Assembly (NCBI GenBank): GCA_013265495.1
Contig: MU058241.1
Span: forward strand, 745,249-809,248
Source: Vicugna vicugna
Lineage: Eukaryota
Direction of reading: 5' to 3'
Length of the DNA stretch: 64,000 bases
In this document: positions 40,625 through 53,082 of the stretch, one piece after another
Layout: each line of letters starts with the position of its first letter
Numbering within the stretch: position 1 is the stretch's first letter
Translations under genes and position numbers: made by a program
The notes under the pieces: model-generated
The model's database searches: none
The model's input: the letters and a program-made list of their open reading frames with translations, nothing else
Told to the model about the DNA's origin: nothing

Positions 40625-42745
40625 AACACAGAAACTAAACCGTACCTCTGTTCTGCAGACTGTGAGGATGTGTGCTGTCCTCCATCCCAGACACATCTCT
40701 GATGTGCTCTGGTGCCTTACATCTCACTTAAGAGTTTCCCATTTCTCTGTGGGTTCCCTGCCTCTGTTCCAGGAGTCCTTGCCTTCCTGCAACAGGAGTC
40801 CTACCTCAGGCAAAAGTGTGTCCATCAGAAACACTCAAAAGATAACCTGCTAAGGGAAATGAATGAGCCATTCACTGACAGCTTATGTTTATATCCTCAC
40901 CCACAAGATCCTATTTCTTGGACCAAAGCAAGACTAACGTGGGTTTAATTCAGACAAAGTTGAAATACTTTTGACTGCAAAGTGGGAAGCATGCAAGGGC
41001 TCCCAAATGCAGCACAGTTTTAAGCACGGGGCAGACGCACAATGTATCGGTAGGTTTTGCTTTTCGAAAGATGAACTCCGGGAAAATGAAAGCCTGGGTT
41101 ACCGGAGCAGAACACAGCAATTCGTGCACACCGACAGGGATTTAGCAGACACGAAAGGCGGCATGGAACAAACTCATAAACGAACCCTGAAGAGCCAGGG
41201 TCCCCTCCCACCCTTCCAGAAAGCCTTCCCTTGCCATGCTCGTCGGGAACCCATCACTTCTCCCCTGGAAATCGGCTAGGAATCTTCCCTCATGTCCACC
41301 CACCTCTCCTTTACTGACTGACACCGTTACTGAGCATCACACACATGCAGGACAATTACTTCTGTCATCTGTCACTGGCACCGTCATGGGGAACCACCCC
41401 TCTATGTGCACAATGACACCCACGGAAGGTGACCATCAGTAGGTCCTGTGAGTTCTTACAGGCACATGTCTTCATTTTGCTTCCGTCAGCATGACAGGCT
41501 GGTCTTGAGTTTTGAGGGAGAACGGCCAGCTGCTGCTCCACTTCTGGGAAAAGAGACCTGAGAAACTCACAAGGGCCTCTGGCTTGAGCAAAGTGAGCTG
41601 CTCTTTCAAAATAAAACCCACACAGAGTCCTTCATATACAATGATTCTTCTCTTAAGACATGCCACCCTGGCTACAAAACACACCTGTTCTGAAGTAAGT
41701 TTGCAGTACAATCTTAACCCTAAGTCTGTCTGTCAATTCCGATCTCCTGACCATTCAGCGGATTCCCCATGGTATCCAGCACTTGCAGCAATGCTCCCCG
41801 ACAAACGCCCATTCCATTAGGGCCTCCTGCCGCCCTGGGACTTTCCAAGAGCAAGAGCCATGTGCAGGAGAAGCCTGCCTCCTGGGAAAGTCGCCTTCCC
41901 CCAGACTCCCGTCGATGCACTTACTGCAAGAGCTCCATTCATCGTTAAAAACTACCAGAAACATTTCCAACTCTGTTTCTCACAACCAAATGCAGAAAAC
42001 ACACCAACAATATTCTGATCATGTCCAAATTATGTTTTCTTCACACCCTGAACTAGATATTGGGCTCTCTGGAGCGGCCGAGTGTATTTATAATTCCAAA
42101 CAATATCATTCATGCTTAATGATTAAATGAATGACTTCATTATTTAAAAGGCCACACACATTAAATGTTGAATTGGTTTTGAGTCACTGTTCCACATCTT
42201 ACTTCCTGCATTTCTGGGCTTCACCTACTATAAATCCTCAATGCATAGGTGTCAACTACATACTTTCGGGTCATACAGACACGTCTCAAATAAGATCTCA
42301 GGCTTTGCCTAAATTCACACTGTTAGCCTTGGGAGACAAATTCTGTGCCACTCCGGCTGTAAAGTGATGTCCGGTCTTAGGCGCTGCCCCAGCTTCCCGT
42401 CAGATGAACACGACCTACAGCTATCCCTGTTCTCCTGTGATTCTGAGCTGACCCAGCGCGACGGCACACGTATGAATGCTCCGTCAAACCCATCCATCAG
42501 CAGGGAGCATCTCACGGCAGAGGGCCCTGACTTTAACTGTTGTTGAAATGTGTGTGTTTTTTTTTCACATTCCGCAGTCTGTGGGCAATACAGTGGAGAT
42601 GGAGACAAAAAAAATTCAGGTCATTTAAAAAAATCTTTTATCCGTTTTTTGAGTACGTAATTGAAGACCCTAAAGATTAAAACAACAGAGATTTGAATCT
42701 TCTTAACAGGCAGAGTTAAGGGGTAACTTAGAGGGCTAAAACAAC

Positions 42746-42829
42746 TTTTTTTTTAACATTTTTTATTGATTTATAATCATTTTACAATGTTGTGTCAAAT
42801 TCCAGTGTTCAGCACAATTTTTCAGTCAT
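42746..42829 (-). mobile_element. 84-bp 3' tip of the young L1 subfamily
   Basis: Reverse complement matches 60049-60131 with a single mismatch. Confidence 0.9.
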
Positions 42830-42979
42830 CTTCAATACAATGAAACCAAAAGAAGATATGAAGACAGCAAAAGCAAAAGATACCGCATAGAACCTCAATA
42901 TGAATCACAGAGCAGAACTGTGATAATTAACTGATGAAAATTTACATACACAAAAAGGTCTTGGGCAACTGAAGTGGTC

Positions 42980-43155
42980 AAGAACAGGGAACTATATTCA
43001 GTATCTTGCAATAACCTTCAATGAAAAAGAATATGAAAACACATATATGTATGTATATGCATGACTGGGACATTGTGCTGTACACCAGCAATCGACACAC
43101 TGTAACTGACTATACTTCAATTTAAAAAAAATTTAAAAAGATAAAACAAAACAAA
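42980..43155 (+). mobile_element. L1 3'UTR fragment
   Basis: cagggaactatattcagtatcttg...ctgactatacttcaa plus A-tail. Confidence 0.85.
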
Positions 43156-44279
43156 CCCCCAATACTGAATTTTCAGAAGGGGATCCATTTCAGAGATATC
43201 TATGTTATTACTTCCAGGACCTGGCGAACCGTCTAAACCACTGACACAGTTTAAATTTGTATTATCCAATATTTGAAAAACATACAAGCCTAAATACACT
43301 AAGACATGAGCAGCTCATTTCCTTCTGTCCTGTGAAAACATCTTCCCCACCAGTTAAAGATGTGCATTTCACGTATTTTCAGTAAAGAATTGAGGCAGGC
43401 AGACTTAGTGAGGGCTTGCTTGCGTGATGGTGTTTATTAGATGCTTTTAGACAATATGCTTAAACTCCCCAGCATGTATCTCCTTGAGAAATTGGCAAAT
43501 GTTTTTATTACACACACCAACATTAAACGATTTTACAGTTAAGAAGCACATGAAGACGTCTACCTGCCCTCCCGTGTTGGACGTGTTCTCGGAGTTTGTG
43601 ACCAGCAACACTTCACCACCACACTGGAAGAAAGTGGCCTGCTGGCAAATCACCATTTTTCAAAGGGAGGATGCTGTGTTTCTGGACACTCTCCCATAAG
43701 AGGAGACCTGGGACAGAGGCGTGTTCAGGACAGGGAGAAGTGAGGTTTTAATTCCCTAAAGACTTGCTGTGTCCATGGATTCCACTCTTTATTAAGTTCA
43801 CAGTCCCTACAGTGGCCCTAGGAAGGGTATGGATGGTAATTGGACTTGTGCTGCGTGGGGGAGCAGGCCTCCCTTCCAGGCGGCACAAACACCAAACACC
43901 ACTGTCAGACACGAATATCACGATGGGCTAATAAGTGACCTTAAAATTCCACAACCAGTAGTGAGTATGAATTCTGCTGAGGCATCGATTCAGATTCTGG
44001 GTTAACAGCCTCCTACACTGATGCTAACAGAACTGCAGGTTTGGCATGCCTTTTTTTTTTTTTTTTTTTTTTTTAATCATCATTGTAAAAGCTGTTTTTT
44101 TTTTTTCTTATGGAGCATCTTTAATCCATCTCTACTGTCCAGATAGTGACAAAAGACACTAACATTACCCTCTCCTCACCGACTTTGTGAGTTCAAGTAT
44201 ACACTCTCGTGGTGTTCATTAATTTGGAAATCTGTAAAGATCTCACAATATATCCTTTGCAAAAATCAAATCTATTTGT

Positions 44280-44490
44280 TGTTTTTTTTTTTTTGAAGTA
44301 TAGTCAGCTATGATGTGTGAATTTCTGGTGTACAGCATCATGTTTCAGTCATGCATATACATACACATATTCCTTTTCATATTCTTTTTCACTATGGGTT
44401 ATTACAAGATATGGAATACAGTTCCCTGTGCTCTACAGAAGAAAGTTGTTTTTTATTTTATACATAGGGGTTACTATTGGCAAATCTCTA
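44280..44490 (-). mobile_element. L1 3'UTR fragment, antisense
   Basis: Poly-T followed by ttgaagtatagtcag...cagttccctgtgct. Confidence 0.85.
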
Positions 44491-44658
44491 TTCTATTCTA
44501 ATAACACATCTTTGCATGGCTCTGTTAGTTTATAAGGTATTTCCACTTCAACTGTCTTCTTCAACCAACATGAACAACATGCCTTTTTGTGCTGTGTTTA
44601 TAAGACTTTTATCGCTCAGCAACTGGAAAACATTAAAATTTCCAGATTAATCATTACC

Positions 44659-44661
<3 letters not shown>

Positions 44662-44690
<29 letters not shown>
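44662..44690. repeat. (TG)n microsatellite
   Basis: About 14 perfect TG units. Confidence 0.95.
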
Positions 44691-44693
<3 letters not shown>

Positions 44694-46514
44694 CTAACTG
44701 GTAGTCCTTAAAAAGAATGAGATTTACTTTTAAAGCAGGAAGCCTGCATTTTTGAAATATAATCAAGAAATAACAATGAGAAGGTTATGTTGAATGTTGG
44801 AGCGGCAGCAGAGCCCACAAGTCAATTGAGGAAGACAGCAATTAGTGAAAATCTGGAGTGATGCTGAAATGAGTTCAGGTTAATTAAAACAGGGTTTGAC
44901 CTAATTGCCCTCCGGACCTCCACTAGCTGGTATGACCCGGGTCAGAAATTCCCCTCGGTACCCTGGCTTGTCAGTAAATAAGCCCCAGCACTGGATTCTG
45001 TATTTTCCAAAGGAAAGCAGGAGACAGGCCTTCTGTGCTTTAGAAATCAATGTTGCGTTAACGAGACCGTAATCAAACGAAGGTCTACACTTGCATCATT
45101 CAGGCCAAATGGCTTCGTGGAAGTCCAATCAAATAAGCATCGAACAACGCCTCCATTTCAAGTGCTGTCTTTCAGGCCACATCTTTATACTTCAGAAGCT
45201 ATTTTTTTAAAAACGAGAAAGGAGCAACAACAACAACAAAAAAATCCACACAATCCACAAATAAATGAAATTAAATGATCTTTCCCTTGAGGAAGGCTTA
45301 AGTATGTATTTTCTGGGTGACTCCTCTGAAATAGGGCACATGTTGACGCGCATATGTGCATTTTCATTATTAATATGCATTAGTTAATTATTAACAGAAT
45401 TTCTACCAGTATAATATACTGCTTCAATTTCTCAAGTAAGATGGGACAGTTTAAGTTTTTTGTATGTACTTCAGTATGTAAACCCAATACACAAAGAAGT
45501 GAGGCAAGAAAAGGAAAATCCAGTTAAAAATGGATTAATAACTGATTTTAGTATTTTAAAACTACATTTATCTATTTTGCACCCATCCCCCCAAACCTGA
45601 GGACGCACACACGGCTTGATGCAAGGGGTGAACTGGTCTGACTGCCGCAGACGTGAGGGGCCACCAGGGGACAGCCGCAGAACAAGATGTGGTTTGCTGT
45701 GATGGAGGACCAACGGGACCCCTGCGTGTGAGAAAGTGGAGTGTGGCTTCTACTTTCAATTGTCTCTGGACGGAAAATGTCTTCTAACTGGGCAGGTGCA
45801 CAGTAGATGTGAGTAGATGCATGAATGCGTACTCTGAATAATACCCTGAATTCACTGCCTATTCGCCTGGACAAAAGGGACATCATGTAGCCGTAGGGGG
45901 TCTCCAGGACGCATCTCCCATCTGCCTTTTCCCCGAGCATCCACTTCTGTCATTCCTTTTAACTGAAGCCATGGCAGGACAAAAGTGAAGCGTCCCTCTC
46001 CTCACGGCCACTTTGTGGTCCTTGGGCAGTCAGTCCCACCTTGCTGCCTCCAGGACACCGAAACCACTGGCTCCGCAGTTAAGAATGGAAAGAGACCACC
46101 TACTTTTGATCCATGTGACCCCAGGATGTTACAACCTTACACTTCAGGCAAGTAGCTTTCAGTGATCAGCTTGTGGCTACTGATTGTAGCAAAGTCTTTT
46201 TTTTTTTCCTTATATGAGGAAATACAATAAATTGTAAGTAAAGATTAATAAAAACCATGCAGAAAATTGATTATTAAGAGTTATATTAAAAAGTTAAACA
46301 TTTTCAAAGGCTTCCAATACCAAAAGAAAATCATATGAAACTGTTTTTTGGGGGTTTTTTTGGTGTAGCCTTGCACTGTTGTATTGAGGAGGGTAAGTTT
46401 TTGACACATACGTTTCAAATCCTTCTCACTCCAATTTTCATTTGACTCTTACTGTTTCTGGTGATGTTAACATTTTTATTTATCTGGTGTGAACACAGGA
46501 TAAATAGGAAGGAC

Positions 46515-46780
46515 ACAGGCAGGACACAGAATTTTCTGTAAAGTCCAGACAGTGAGTACTTTATGGTTTGTCGGTTACCTACAGTCTGTGTTGCACATTC
46601 TCTGTTTTGTTTCATTTTCCTCTTTTTTCTGTTTTTCCTCCTTTGGTCCTTTCTTGTTTTCTTTCTTTTTTTTTTAAATAACCCTTTGAACATATGAAAA
46701 CCACTCTTAGACTGAGCCACACCAAATGCACTCCCAGGTTAGAAGTGGTGCACCGGTCCAGCTTTCCGGTCCCTGGGATA
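46515..46780 (+). mobile_element. MER58-type (hAT-Charlie) relic
   Basis: ttttctgtaaagtccagacagtgagtactttatggtttg...aaccctttgaacatatgaaaaccactcttag resembles recalled MER58C. Confidence 0.7.
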
Positions 46781-47787
46781 CACCAGCAGTTTAAAATAGA
46801 TAAATCTACTGTTTTAATCACTGTGCAAGTCTTAGAAAGACTACCTTAGCCCCTGATTTTTAAAAACTATATTTCTGTTTCAGCATTTCTCTTATTTTTA
46901 TTCTTGAATCTTTACTCCATCTGGATATTGCGCTGTAGATTGTGAGTTAAGACATAACTTTGTTTTCACAATAGCCAGCTGTTTCAGTCCCGTTTACCAG
47001 GCAATGTGACCCATTTCCACGGATGAAGATGCTACCTTTATCATAGCTTGATTCCTTAACCATCTTTGGAAACACTTCTGAAATTTACATGTGTACGTCT
47101 GTCAGTTCCTGAACCATTAACTCAGTGCTTGCTTCCTGGTGGTCACTTCCCAATCCTCCTCAACACTTAAGCCCCATTCACTGCTGCTTTTCAAAAACAG
47201 TTCAATTTTGTCCTACATCTATTCTAGTTTTTTTTTAATGTTATTTCATCATTTCTGTGCTCCAGGGCCCCTACCTCCTTCCAAATGTTTTGATTAGAGT
47301 CTTAGGAATTACATTTCGTATACTGAATCGTATAAAGAAATGATAATTCAAATGAGAAGATAATCTATTCTTACCCATTTTCACATCCCTCCTTAATAGC
47401 TCCTAAAATTTAGTAGTGATGGAAATTTAGTTTCAAATGTCTCCTCTTAAAAACTAGACAGAGCAAGCACATAATACACAATGTACCTTTTGGAATTGCT
47501 CTAAATTCACAAGCAGCCATGTAATTTAACTGGCTGATTTAATCTTGGGAAATTCATTAATATTAGTTTTTATCAGTCCTATTAAACCCTTACGTTTCTA
47601 TATAAACAGCTCTTTACACAGACTATCATTTAGGAAGCAATATTATTAAATACGATAATGTCACTTTTTAAAAGCAGATGTTGATTTCTGTGATCATAGT
47701 ATCAAAGTATCACAGAAATCAGGGCAAGACTATAGCAGAATCTCGACTAATAGTTGAGACTTGACACATCCGTGTTCATCAGTCAAG

Positions 47788-47835
47788 ATGCCTCGCTTCC
47801 CATAAGGGCATATGCCTTGCTTCCCATAAGGGCAT
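47788..47835. repeat. 24-bp tandem duplication
   Basis: atgcct[c/t]gcttcccataagggcat at 47788-47811 and 47812-47835. Confidence 0.95.
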
Positions 47836-49150
47836 ACTTTTCAGGCATAATGAAGCCCTATTTCTGACATGAAATTCAGTCATGACTGATTCGTTCTGCT
47901 CATAATGCTTGAGATCTGAAGCATACTTTCAATCCTTCCTCAAGCAGAAAACTAGTGGAAGGGCAGGAAAATGTCAAGAATAGGCATTAATTACATTAGG
48001 TAAGACGAAACAGGTAATGGAAGAGAAGAGTTTGCTCAACATGTGGGATGTCACCAAAGGCTTTATTTCTTCTTTCAGACTAAAGGTAACCATATACACG
48101 CATCCGAGGTGGTGAGCATGCAGGACAGAGTAATCCTAGTAGCTAATTTGTCCAACTTAGCATTTAAGTGTCTGACTTTACAAATGAAAAGGTTAGGAAG
48201 GTTAGTCAAACAACAGTTACACAACAGCAGATCATCACTGTACGATTTTCAACTGTAGGCACGATTTTTTTTTTGTTAAAAAGATCCTTGAAACAAACTG
48301 TCTATTTAGGATTTAGCTAATACGGACAGATTTAACAGATGAGAATCGAGTTGAGCATTTGTAAAGACGGTTTAGTTGTGTCTGCCGTATTTCAGTGACC
48401 TTGTAAAACACAGGTCACTCTATCTGATCAGATGCTTTGGTTTCTTCATTTCTGACATGAGCTCATCGACAGAGGATTTCTAAAGCACTTCCGCGTACAA
48501 ACGTGTGTTAGCACTAACCGTGCACATTAGTTGCGGGTAGACCCAGCTATATCCGCACAGATACCCTGACTGCAGAATTTGGCTCCAACCATGCGAATTC
48601 CGTTAGTTTAAACGAACTGTAAAAAAAAAAAAAGAAAGTATTCTGCTTTGGCTCTGCAGATGGTTTAAACAGGTGCACTGCTTGGGTCTCTCTGTGGACT
48701 GAGCGGGGCTCAGAGGTTACGCCTCCAGAGCAAGGTCCTGGATGCCTGGCAAATCTCGGCAGCCCTTCCTAGGGAGGCCAAAAAGAAAAGAAAAGAAAGA
48801 AAGAATGCGTTCTCGGTGAGATTTATGGACTGCAAAAGACAAACCTGTGTCTGTTTCCTCTTATTGAAAACAGATGAAAGCTACTGCAAGGAAAGGGAAA
48901 CTCAATTCTCTGGTGGCTAATGTGAACCACTGCGGGGGCCCCAAGGGCATCCGGGGCACCTCGCATGTGTCCCGGGCAATCAGCTGACTGCAGCCACGCT
49001 GCCACTGCCACCGACACCCAACAGACCCTTCAGGGTGCCCTGAGCTTGGACACTGACCTTCCATGAGAACAAAGAGGTTCAAGGTCGAGAGGGAGCTGTA
49101 CCCCACAGAGACGGCAGGGGCAAAAAGGTTCCCAAGTGTTTCAGCCTCAC

Positions 49151-49320
49151 CCACGAACCCCATGACTTCTCTCTTCACTTCACTTATCTTGGTCGAAGAT
49201 GACTTTCCCAATCGTAAGTTACATGACGTTGAAGAGAAGTCGCTTTTATAGCACAGTCCACATTGATATGCAGGACTTAGCTGGGATTTAAAATCAGTCC
49301 TGGCGGTGCAAATACTCCAG
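49151..49320 (-). other. Candidate exon, 170 nt; open frame reads WSICTARTDFKSQ...KREVMGFV
   Basis: Acceptor tgtgttttcag and donor TGG|gtgagg; one open frame. Not recognised. Confidence 0.2.
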
Positions 49321-49789
49321 CTGAAAACACACATTTGACTGTGCACCTGCCTGATGCCAGGTCTCCTTCGATGAAGGGTAACTCTGATGCAACTCATCTC
49401 ATTGTTTCATGGACCCCTTGTGAAACTGTTAAGCATTTTTTCAACAACAGCTTTAAGAACTTTCTATGGGTGGGGTGCTTTCGCCCAGGACCTGAAGTGC
49501 AGAGATGCAAAAACTACGATCCCTTCTCTCAAAATTCGTGGTTCAGTAGATTAAGTGTTTCTGCAATTTTTTTCTCACATCACTTTATTTATGATATTTT
49601 TTGGAGTGTTTCTAAGTTTTGGTTTACGATCGACCACATCCATTCATCCATTTCTTCGGCGTGATTTTCTCATGAGTTGTCACCTCACAAAGGAGACACT
49701 GCTACCAAAATATCCTTTGGCTTCTCCATGTTTCCATGAAGGACTGAATTCAGCGACTGTGGTTTTATTCCTCCTCAGAATGGCCCGTG

Positions 49790-49895
49790 GGGTAATCCGG
49801 GCCTCGGTAAGGCCATTTAACTTCTCTGGCCTTGTTTCCTTATTTGAAACAAGGGACTTGAGCAGGACAACGTCCGTGGGCCTTCTAGTTCTGAC
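49790..49895 (+). mobile_element. MIR (MIR3/MIRc-like) relic
   Basis: ggccatttaacttctctggccttgtttccttatttgaaa...ggccttctagttctgac. Confidence 0.6.
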
Positions 49896-50569
49896 TTCCC
49901 AGGAGTCCTTGATTCTAGGTGGGCTCCTAACAGACACCATTCATTACCCACAAAGTTCAGCTCTGCAAACTATGCAGCACTGTGATTAGCGTGCACCAAG
50001 ATCTTATGACTAATGATCACTCATGACCATAGCTCTACTTCTTTGATATTAAAATTTTACTTTTGAGGATAATGTTTCCTACTTTTTTCTCCTAATGATA
50101 TAGTCTTCAGATAACTTACAACCTTTTTCAGAATTCCAAAATCATCTTTTTAAGATTTGTTTTTAAAATGTTTAAAGGACTATGTCTTGATTCTTGAAGA
50201 AACTTCAAAGACGTGATTCCCAAGACATTTTACATCACCTGAGTTTCACTCAAATAATTATGCAACTTAAACATACCCTGCTCTACAATCCTTGAGTACA
50301 GTAATTATCATTTTCTTGTATGTACAATATACTGTTTTATGTTTTATTACCTTTTCATTAATTACATCAGAGTATAATAATATAGTCATGTCTGACTGTG
50401 ATCAATTTTCTTATTCTTAAGTAGCAGTGTTTTGCAAAATGTCTAGCACGGAGCAGCGGATACATTAAGTTTATTTTCAAAGAGACAGCTATGAAGAAGA
50501 CATGTGGTTCTACTCATTAAAGTAAAACTGCCATGCAAACTGGGAGGTAGGTGTGGTGAAAAAAGAAGT

Positions 50570-50925
50570 AGGTATGCTGCAGGGGGACACGGGAAGTGAT
50601 GCTCAGAGGATACCAAGTTTCGGTTCTGCAAGATGAGTCAGTTCTGGAGATTTACTATACAGCACAGTATCCACAGCAAACAGGACTGTATTGTACAATT
50701 ACAATCTGCCAAGAGGTAGATCTTATGTTAAGTATCCTTAACACACACACACAAATAATAACAAAGAGGAGGGGAGGAAACTTTGGCAGGTGATGGGTGT
50801 ATCCATGACCTTGATGGCCGGATGATTCCAAAGGTGTACGCATACCCCCAGACTCACGGAGCTGTGTACATTAACTAAGCACAGCTTTTACACGTCAATC
50901 ATACCTCAGTACAGTGGTTTGAAAA
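50570..50925 (+). mobile_element. L1MA/L1MB-type 3' end
   Basis: ggataccaagtttcggttctgcaagatgagtcagttctggagat...ggaaactttggcaggtgatgg...atacctcagtacag. Confidence 0.8.
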
Positions 50926-51556
50926 GTGAATAGGAAAGTATTCAACTCACTACTGAAAGTAACACACCTTGCGAAAAACAAAAACCAAGCTCTCAGATGA
51001 TTAAAATGGCCAAACATCTGAGAAGTTAAGACCGTCTTCTGTCTGAGTGTGCGCAGTGGCTATAAACTGCAACCCGGTAAGCTTTTTGGCATAATGTGTC
51101 AGGCCTGAAATATGAGTATGTGCTTTCTTTGAGAATTTCACATTTGGAAGTTTATTGTAAGGATATTACAAAGTTGTAACAGTATCAACTATTAACAAAT
51201 TTCAAACATTAAGAATTTTGTCAAAGTATTAGTTAATATGAATGCTTAGCTAAAAAGAAAAAAATGCTCAGCAACAGAAAAATATAAAAATAAAGTAAAA
51301 AATAAGATGGTATATTATGCAATTAGTAACATTTTTCACATGGATATGATAACATAAAATGAAAAAATAATAGATTTTGGTAAATACAGAACAAATATAA
51401 AGCCACAAATTGGTAAATATGTAAGGCCATATACCACATAATGATTGCCAACAGCTAGCTGACTACATTTTTTTTTCGAAATGGCTTATAAGAAATACGT
51501 ATTCATTTTAAAATATTGTAAGATTAACTTCATTTCATTTAAAAACAACATTCCCC

Positions 51557-51729
51557 AAGGAACTACTTTGTAGCACAGGAACGATATTCAATGTCTTGTA
51601 ATAACGTATAATGAAAAAGAATATTAAAAGATATATATATACACAACTGAATCACTTTGCTGTAGATCTGAAACTAACACATTACAAAACAACTAAATCT
51701 CAATTAAAAAAATAAAAATAAATAAAAGT
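51557..51729 (+). mobile_element. L1 3'UTR fragment
   Basis: tagcacaggaacgatattcaatgtcttg...A-tail; TSD aaaaacaacattccc (51541-51555) / aaaaacagtattccc (51730-51744). Confidence 0.85.
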
Positions 51730-52954
51730 AAAAACAGTATTCCCAAACCATGTGTATCTTTCCAACATTCACTTGGGTTTTAAGCGTGGCCAGGAGTTTG
51801 TTCTGAAACCCACTCTCAGATTTTATAATATATCCCAGTGGGTACACTAGCACTCAGCCAACCTCTAGCATTCTACTAAACCTATTTCTACCATTTACTT
51901 TTTAAAGGAGAAATAAGAATGTTGCTTAACAAGCCAGCACAAGAACGGAGAAGCCACCCAGAAGCAGCAGTGGAAACCATCTTATTAGGTTTTGGAAAGT
52001 TATGTGAACATCAGTGATAAGCCAGGTGGAGCTAGTCCATTTCACCCCATGGGCTGATCCGTCACATACACGTACAAAAGGTCTGCTTGTAGAATAGGGT
52101 CGACCCAGGCAACGTCCTGGACACGGAACTACACTGTGCGCCTGGCACCACCGCATGAATGAGACTCTCGACCTACCCCCTGTCCGCCCGAGTCCCACCA
52201 GACAGATGCAGCCACATGAGCTCAGACCACAGACAGGGAAGCACGGTGGCCCACTCTTTACTGTGGCAAAGGAAGGGACAAAAATGAGAAAAGTTAGGAA
52301 ACACTGACGCCTGACACTTGTCTAATACACTCAGTGTGATGCTAAAATTGATAACATTCATGAGGACCCTGGTTCTGATTCTCAAAATCATGGGCCTCAG
52401 ATGCTGCTTCAAAATATTTTGAGGGGAAACAGTCTCCGGTTTTACGTAACTAAGCAAAAGCTATCTGAGTCATTTAAGTGAACAGCAACTTGCACTCACA
52501 CGTATAATCACACACAGTGACATTCGCGTTACCTCTTACAAACCACAGATCATTGCCAGGTAATGCTGTGTAGTTTTTCCCCAATGATGCAGTGACACTG
52601 GACTGTTTTTATCATATGTTTGCAGAGAAAAGAAGGTGAGCTGCAGAGGGACACAAAAGGCTTCTACAATTTGTGTGTTTTATAAAAAAAAAAAACATTG
52701 AAAACACATTGCTTCTGTTCTTTTATCAGTCTACAAGTTCGATTAATAAGAATTCTAAAAATTTTAAAAATGGGGAGTAAAGAAAAAGTTGGCCTTTGGA
52801 CCTATATCCCCCCATTCCTCTGTCCCTCCAAATTACACAGCACACTTAGCTTAGTACACAGTTTCTACACACTGGCTGCAGATATGACTGCACTGAACAT
52901 ATGTATCTTCTAGTACTAATATTTATTGTACTAAGATTAATTAATTGTACTACT

Positions 52955-53082
52955 TATTTTATTTTTAAAATTTTTGGTGGGGGAGGTAATTTGGCTTGCT
53001 TATTTATTTATTAAACTGAGGCTTAAACCCAGGACCTCGTGCCTGCTAAGCACGCACTCTACCACTGAGCTATACCCTCCCC
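52955..53082 (-). mobile_element. tRNA-derived SINE (camelid Vic-1-like)
   Basis: Reverse complement ggggagggtatagctcagtggtagagtgcgtgcttagc...gtcctgggttt, with an A box and a damaged B box. Confidence 0.88.

Noticed and set aside
52533..52640. Minus-strand exon candidate with good splice sites, overlapping a plus-strand 10-nt microexon-like motif (52626-52635)
   Set aside because: All three frames of the 108-nt segment contain stops, and equally plausible sites on the opposite strand show how often such signals arise by chance here.
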